A stretch of 63,323 nt of DNA, counting the filler, from Candidatus Woesearchaeota archaeon (GTDB lineage Archaea; Nanobdellota; Nanobdellia; Woesearchaeales; JACPBO01): assembly GCA_016180285.1 (NCBI GenBank). It is 3 parts of 3 records of this genome, joined end to end, with 100 filler letters (N's around TTAATTAATTAA, not from the genome) between each part and the next. Parts side by side here need not be neighbours in the genome. Positions count along the whole stretch, not along the records: positions 53,863 to 63,323 come from JACPBO010000001.1; 2 more parts are not named here. One strand, given 5' to 3'. Both the position numbers and the translations under genes were made by a program. Under the pieces are notes generated by a model. That model saw only the letters and a list, made by a program, of their open reading frames with translations. It did not search any database and was not told where the DNA came from. Of the stretch, positions 58,136 to 63,323 are shown in pieces (the stretch's first letter is position 1; each line of letters opens with the position of its first letter).

Positions 58136-58384
58136 TTATAAACTTTGCCTTTGCCAGACCAGCTTCCCCTTCTTCCTCACTTCCCTGATCCTGTGCAATG
58201 GAATGAATGTTTCCTCATTATCTTTATCAATTACAAAAAACCCTTCCTCGATCCTCTTTATTCTGGCGTAAGGCATTTCAATTAATCTGTTCAAAACCCT
58301 GTCAAGATAGAAAACAGAATAATCCTCAGGCTCCTCTCTTTTGTCCCATTTGATCTTGTTGAGCAATTCTTTAATTGTAATCAT
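58136..58384 (-). CDS. DUF504 / MJ1316-like protein
   Basis: LLNKIKWD...YLDR...IPLHRI...WQR. Confidence 0.88.
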   Translation of the reverse strand: MITIKELLNKIKWDKREEPEDYSVFYLDRVLNRLIEMPYARIKRIEEGFFVIDKDNEETFIPLHRIREVRKKGKLVWQRQSL

Positions 58385-58650
58385 TCGTATTTTAGGTTTT
58401 TCGCTTCGTTTACCTTTAGATCTAATTTTTGTGCAACTTCTTCTCTTTTTGAATTAAGGATAAGCCATATAACGGCGGCGATTATGAGTGAGGATAATAA
58501 GTCTTTCGTAACATTATAAATGAATGCAGGTAACCCAATTATGACTGATGTTGTGGCAATTAAAACAGCATTATATTCGTGCAGTAGCTTCCTGTATTCT
58601 AAATCAATTACATTCTTGACTATTTCCCAATTCTTATTTCCTCTTTGCAT
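58381..58650 (-). CDS. Small membrane protein
   Basis: Two TM helices; overlaps neighbours in operon fashion. Confidence 0.6.
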   Translation of the reverse strand: MQRGNKNWEIVKNVIDLEYRKLLHEYNAVLIATTSVIIGLPAFIYNVTKDLLSSLIIAAVIWLILNSKREEVAQKLDLKVNEAKNLKYE

Positions 58651-58789
58651 ACCATAGACCGCCTATTATCAATGCTACGCCTATAATCACATACCCGAGC
58701 TGTACACTAGACTCCTTTTGCACAAAAGATTGCACCAAAATAAGAATTCCAATTAAAAAAATAACTATTCCAACAGTACTTTTTTCCAT
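58634..58789 (-). CDS. Small two-TM protein (51 aa)
   Basis: MEKSTVGIVIFLIG...; GGAGGTG SD right after the gatD stop. Confidence 0.6.
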   Translation of the reverse strand: MEKSTVGIVIFLIGILILVQSFVQKESSVQLGYVIIGVALIIGGLWYAKRK

Positions 58790-58800
58790 TTTTTCACCTC

Positions 58801-60075
58801 CTAATATAAAAAGGCTCTTTCGTCGCTTCTTTCAGTTATCTCCCCGGCAACATTTGTGAGCATCATCTTTTTGATCTCTTCCATGTTTTTCGTATGTGCA
58901 AGAATCCAGCCAAGCTTGATGTAAGCAACCTCTGGCAGCATGTCTTCTGCAAAGATGCATTTTAATTTAATAGATAGCATCCTTAAAGCAGAATAAACTA
59001 GTGGATGAACTCTGCCGTATAAAGTTTGGGTTGTAATCGCAATTGGAATGTCTTTTTTAATTGCTTTTTCAATATTAGAATATATTTTTTGAGGAACATG
59101 GCCAAGCGCAGTTGCAGCCAGAACAATTCCTTTGTATCCTTTATCGAGGTAAAAATCAATTACCTCAGGCTCCATTCCAGGATAAACATAAATCAATGCT
59201 GTTTTTTCCTCAAACTTGTCATTAACAGCTGTTTTTTCATTGCTTATTTTCTTATAATTCTTATTTGTTATTTCTATTTTGCCGTTTTCAAACACTTTGG
59301 CAATCGGCTCCTCATTTATAGGCCTGAAGGCATCCCTTCTGCTAGTATGCATTTTCCTTACCTTGGTGCCTCTTATCAGCAGGCAATAGTCATCATTCAT
59401 TGTTCCATGCAAACACGTCATGACTTCTGCAATATCTGATTTTGCAGCAGCTGTTATTGCGCAGCTTAAGTTCATAAAAGCATCTGAGCTTCCTCGGTCA
59501 ATGCTTCGCTGCGCAGCTGTTATCACAACCGGCTTATTGAGCTTTAAGAAAAAAGACAATGCAGCAGCGGCATAATGCAATGTATCTGTCCCCATTGTCA
59601 GGACAACACCGCTAACATTTGAATTAAGCTCTTTGGCAATCTCTTCTGCTATTCTGCTCCATTCTTTATTTGAAATATCTTCGCTCATCACTGACATTAT
59701 CTTTTTTGCCTTTATGTTTGCTATATTTTCCAATTCAGGAATCATCTCAACAAAGTCCTCTGCTGTGTAATCAGCGTATACGCCGCCCGTCTTATAATCA
59801 ATTCTTGAAGAAATCGTGCCGCCTGCGCTAAGCACAGCAACAGTTGGAAGGCTTTTATTGGATTTTAATTCTTTTTTTGCTGTTTTTGGCTTTTGATATG
59901 CTTCAATCAGCTCTATTTTCTTTACTTTCTTCTTCTCAATGCCGATATTATAGCCGTTATCCAGCTTTATTACTATAAAGCCCTCTTCAAGAATCTCTGG
60001 CCTAGGCATCAGTATACCTTCTAACTGCTCGTCTTCTGTTGTTACTTTTACTTTATCGCCTGCTTTTGGATCCAC
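58801..60075 (-). CDS. gatD: Glu-tRNA(Gln) amidotransferase subunit D
   Basis: KLDNGYNIG, GGTISSRIDY.TG, GTDT, QRSIDRGSSDA, RKMHTSRRDAF. Confidence 0.96.
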   Translation of the reverse strand: MDPKAGDKVKVTTEDEQLEGILMPRPEILEEGFIVIKLDNGYNIGIEKKKVKKIELIEAYQKPKTAKKELKSNKSLPTVAVLSAGGTISSRIDYKTGGVYADYTAEDFVEMIPELENIANIKAKKIMSVMSEDISNKEWSRIAEEIAKELNSNVSGVVLTMGTDTLHYAAAALSFFLKLNKPVVITAAQRSIDRGSSDAFMNLSCAITAAAKSDIAEVMTCLHGTMNDDYCLLIRGTKVRKMHTSRRDAFRPINEEPIAKVFENGKIEITNKNYKKISNEKTAVNDKFEEKTALIYVYPGMEPEVIDFYLDKGYKGIVLAATALGHVPQKIYSNIEKAIKKDIPIAITTQTLYGRVHPLVYSALRMLSIKLKCIFAEDMLPEVAYIKLGWILAHTKNMEEIKKMMLTNVAGEITERSDERAFLY

Positions 60076-60674
60076 TAAAACTTCACCTCAGGAACTGTTT
60101 CAGACCCCGCAGCTGACTGGAAATATTCTCTCTGCTTAAAACCGAAAATCCCGGCAACAACATTTGTCGGGAATTTCTGCACTGCAATGTTGATGTCTTT
60201 TACAGCATCATTATACCTTTGCCTTTCAACAGCTACTTTGTTTTCTGTGTTTGCAAGCTCATCCTGCAATGCTAAAAAGTTTTGCGAAGCCTTAAGATCA
60301 GGATAATTTTCAGCAACTGCAAATATTGTTTTCAATGCGCCTTCTATCTGATTGGCTGTGTCAACCTTTTCTGCCACGGTCTTTGCATTCTGCCATTGTG
60401 TTCTTAACTCAGTTATCTTTGTCAATGTCTGCTGCTCATAAGTCAAATAGCCCTTGACGGTATTTATGAGATTGGGTATTAGATCGATCCTTCTTTGGTA
60501 CTGCGTCTCAACCTGCGCCCATTTGTTGTCAACATTGTTGTTCAGAGTAACTAATCTGTTGTAAGATCCAACAAACCATCCCAGAAGCAGCAATACAACA
60601 AGGGCTATTGCGCCTGCTATCCACAGCCCTTTCGTGTTTTTCATATTTTTTGCATTTATTCCTTTTTTTGCCAT
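60075..60674 (-). CDS. lemA: LemA family protein
   Basis: QYQRRIDLIPNL, ENYPDLKA, TENKVAVERQRYN. Confidence 0.93.
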   Translation of the reverse strand: MAKKGINAKNMKNTKGLWIAGAIALVVLLLLGWFVGSYNRLVTLNNNVDNKWAQVETQYQRRIDLIPNLINTVKGYLTYEQQTLTKITELRTQWQNAKTVAEKVDTANQIEGALKTIFAVAENYPDLKASQNFLALQDELANTENKVAVERQRYNDAVKDINIAVQKFPTNVVAGIFGFKQREYFQSAAGSETVPEVKF

Positions 60675-60806
60675 AAGACCACCTTTTTAATTTGTATTAT
60701 GCTGTTTTGTTTAGTTGAAATAAAAAGCTTTCTGTTTCGTCTTTCATCAAATCATCTTTTATTTTTCTAAAATGAAGCTCCGCAATCCCCGCGCATGCAC
60801 GAAAAC

Positions 60807-61310
60807 TCAAGATCCACCATAAAATCTCTTCAATATTATTTCTAAATGATATTCATAATCTTCCTTTCTTCCTGCAAATGTGCCAACAACTTTTCCAAAT
60901 CTTTGCACTAATTCTTCTTTTTTTACATATTTGGACAGTGCTTCTATGTCTTCTTCATCGCGGGCATTGAGGCGGGCAGCCTTCGTTATTATTATGTCCG
61001 CAGGATTAAGCGCTTTCAAAACAATATTTTTCATAGCAACAATCTCTTTTGCCCTTTCAACATAATCGCTAGGCAATTGTTCTGAAAAAATATACCCATC
61101 CACAAAAATATCTGCTCTTAGTTTTTTGTCCAAGGCATTTTCAAAGGATATTTTGTCTCTGCTGCTGACACAAAGATCAATGTCTATTGTTGAGGATTTT
61201 AATCCTAATAGGGTCATTGCTGTTCCACCTACAGCAATAACCGCCATTTTCCTGTCTAATTTTTTGTCCAGCTTGGACAGCCAACCCAGTAATTTCTTTT
61301 TATCAATCAT
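60807..61310 (-). CDS. Nucleotidyltransferase (DUF6036/AbiEii-like)
   Basis: VGGTAM...TIDID...K..R...RDEED. Confidence 0.8.
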   Translation of the reverse strand: MIDKKKLLGWLSKLDKKLDRKMAVIAVGGTAMTLLGLKSSTIDIDLCVSSRDKISFENALDKKLRADIFVDGYIFSEQLPSDYVERAKEIVAMKNIVLKALNPADIIITKAARLNARDEEDIEALSKYVKKEELVQRFGKVVGTFAGRKEDYEYHLEIILKRFYGGS

Positions 61311-61960
61311 AATTGCGCCTTTGCAATTTTAATGAAATCTTCATCAAAAAATCTGCCCAGCAAATTCCATTTCTTTACCCTTTTTGGGGATGTTCTTGAA
61401 AGAAAATCATAATCCCCTTCTGCAAGAAAAGACACGCCCTTGTCTTTGTTGTTTTTCAGATAAGAAAGCAGCTCTTTAAGGTTCTTTTTCGGTTTTATCA
61501 TTGCCGCTGTTTCAATCATATACCCCAGTTTATTCTTAATGCCATATTTACAGGCAAGTTCGATCAGTTTGAATTTATCGACATTGTTCTTAATCAGCAA
61601 CACAGGTATTGCCTCGATAAATCTTACGTTGCTGCTTTTTGCGAGTATTCTGGCTATCAAATCCTCTATAGGCATTCTTTCTCTTTTTCTCTTTCTTTTG
61701 ACTGAAATCATCTCGTAGCTGTATAATGAGAGGTTGTATTCAATCAGCGAATCATCCTCCCTATTGTCTTTGTTCACCTTGCCCAATATATTTTCATGCG
61801 ACAGAATATTTGCGGCCATCAGTTTCGGTCTTATTGACCTGTACAAATAATTTCTTTCTGTTTGTTTTAATTTTCTTCCCTCTATTTTCTTCATAATCGT
61901 AGCTATCTCGACCTTTCCTAGAATTCTCCTTATGGCGACTTCTTTGGATAAATTAATCAT
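61307..61960 (-). CDS. Putative antitoxin partner of the nucleotidyltransferase
   Basis: Overlaps the NTase start; palindrome GTAACCTT/AAGGTTAC at 61962-61981 just upstream. Confidence 0.6.
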   Translation of the reverse strand: MINLSKEVAIRRILGKVEIATIMKKIEGRKLKQTERNYLYRSIRPKLMAANILSHENILGKVNKDNREDDSLIEYNLSLYSYEMISVKRKRKRERMPIEDLIARILAKSSNVRFIEAIPVLLIKNNVDKFKLIELACKYGIKNKLGYMIETAAMIKPKKNLKELLSYLKNNKDKGVSFLAEGDYDFLSRTSPKRVKKWNLLGRFFDEDFIKIAKAQL

Positions 61961-62049
61961 TGTAACCTTAAAAAAGGTTACGTCATATATAAATCTTTCT
62001 ATTTTAGAACTCTAAGGCATACATTTGAAGAAAGCATAAAATTTCTCTA

Positions 62050-62940
62050 TTACCACCTTCCTGAAAACCCTCCTCCTCCGCTATGCCCTCCTCCGAATCC
62101 GCCAAATCCTCCGCCACCCATTCCGCCTCCGAAGCCTCCTCTTCCAAATCCTCCAAAATATATTGGCGGCTTATTATGCCCCTGAGAAGAGGCGCCTGCG
62201 ATCAATGCAACAAAAAGTATAAAAAAGATTATTGAGAAGAATATGACTGCGATAAAAACAATTAATCCGAGGAAGAATGCGCTTATTATTGCAGCAATCT
62301 CGCCTGCCCCAAATAGGCCTATCTTTTTACTTGTTTTCTTCGGGCTTTGCGATATAAACAGCCATATGACGAGAAAAGTAAGGTAGAGCATTATCAGCGG
62401 GCTGCTAAAGCTGCCTGAATTAAAGTTGATTTTCTGGCCTTGGTATTTTGCAGCAGCATCCGGGTCTTTTTTGATTATTCCTGAAATCTCAGCAAGAACA
62501 CTGTAAATTCCCTCCCCATATTCCTGCCTTGCAAAATACGGAACTAAAATATCCCTGCCGATTCTTCCGAGCATTGCTGCATTTAAAGTTCCCTCCAGCC
62601 CATAGCCCACTTCAAAGCGGTATGTTTTGTCATTGATCGCAATCAGGAGCAGCAGCCCGTTGTCATTCTCCTTTTTTCCAATCCCCCACTCCTCGAACAG
62701 CCTGACAGAATACTCTTCAATGCTTGTTCCGTTCAGGGAGTTCATTGTAACAACAGCGATCTCGGCAGTTGTGTTTTTTTCAAGCTCAGCAAGAAGATCA
62801 TTTATTTTTATCTTATGCGCATCATCAATGATATTTGCAAAGTCATTGACATAGCCGATTGGCTTTGAAAAATCAAGCGCAGAAATAAAGGGAATCAACA
62901 GGATTAAAAATAAAATGGTTGGCAAATGCTTTTTTTTCAT
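62050..62940 (-). CDS. TPM-domain membrane protein with Gly-rich tail
   Basis: YVNDFA, WGIG..ENDNGLL, EVGYGLEG, GGG.SGGGG.S..W. Confidence 0.92.
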   Translation of the reverse strand: MKKKHLPTILFLILLIPFISALDFSKPIGYVNDFANIIDDAHKIKINDLLAELEKNTTAEIAVVTMNSLNGTSIEEYSVRLFEEWGIGKKENDNGLLLLIAINDKTYRFEVGYGLEGTLNAAMLGRIGRDILVPYFARQEYGEGIYSVLAEISGIIKKDPDAAAKYQGQKINFNSGSFSSPLIMLYLTFLVIWLFISQSPKKTSKKIGLFGAGEIAAIISAFFLGLIVFIAVIFFSIIFFILFVALIAGASSQGHNKPPIYFGGFGRGGFGGGMGGGGFGGFGGGHSGGGGFSGRW

Positions 62941-62958
62941 TTTCTTAAAAATAATTTG

Positions 62959-63306
62959 TTATTTTATTGTTTCATTAAATGTGTTAATCCATTCCATAAT
63001 ATGCTGGTTTGCATAAACAGTGAATATTTTAAATTTTACTTTAAAATATTCTAATTGTTTAACGAGTTCTTTATGTTTGGATGGAAAGATTATTGCGCCC
63101 CTTCCAAGCCTGCTGCCGCTGTACATTTTCAAGATGCCCTCTTGCAGCGTTATGTATTTTTTTGTCTTGCCCTTAAAAACAGACTCAGAGCCAAAAAATG
63201 CTCGTTTGAACTTCATTTTTTCGCTTTGGGGCAGATCAGCCAAAGAGTAAACTGCTATTAGATGCGGCTCTAACTCCAAATCCCGCTGTTTTAATTTTAT
63301 TGGCAT
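62959..63306 (-). CDS. Hypothetical protein
   Basis: 115-aa ORF; YSL..L...EKMKF...FFG...LGRG pattern. Confidence 0.6.
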   Translation of the reverse strand: MPIKLKQRDLELEPHLIAVYSLADLPQSEKMKFKRAFFGSESVFKGKTKKYITLQEGILKMYSGSRLGRGAIIFPSKHKELVKQLEYFKVKFKIFTVYANQHIMEWINTFNETIK

Positions 63307-63323
63307 AGGAGGGTGGACACATG

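Noticed and set aside
4204..63261. Many 60-180 aa ORFs antisense to or nested in recognised genes
   Set aside because: Shadow ORFs with no motifs, fully overlapping confident CDSs

Overview
AT-rich archaeal genome fragment, most consistent with a DPANN (Woesearchaeota-like) MAG. Archaeal markers include TFB, Rpo12, eL43, prefoldin beta, Top6A/B, aCPSF1/FttA, proteasome beta, GatD, Taw1, Bud32 and a class I CCA-adding enzyme. The window is three contigs joined by artificial N/TTAATTAATTAA linkers (23958-24057, 53763-53862). The most striking feature is at 1-3700: an array of single-gene cassettes separated by a dif-like core (ATAAC-N3/4-GTTAT-N4-AAT). Each gene sits inside its own cassette-specific inverted repeat and is followed by a two-hairpin spacer, so each cassette could fold as ssDNA into a branched hairpin with the gene in the loop. 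This resembles an inside-out attC or Xer-type cassette system; no recombinase lies in the window. Other notable items: an unassigned GC-rich, two-fold pseudo-symmetric 200-nt element (22104-22305); a Phe/Tyr-rich leader ORF before pheA; seven tRNAs carrying 11 BHB introns, mostly at non-canonical sites; several bacterial-type genes (fabF/fabH, a sigma70 lacking the WW dyad, MraZ-like, HisG-like, TyrA, Prs-like); an N-terminally truncated Hel308; and several toxin-antitoxin-like pairs. All calls come from reading motifs by eye; no database searches were run.
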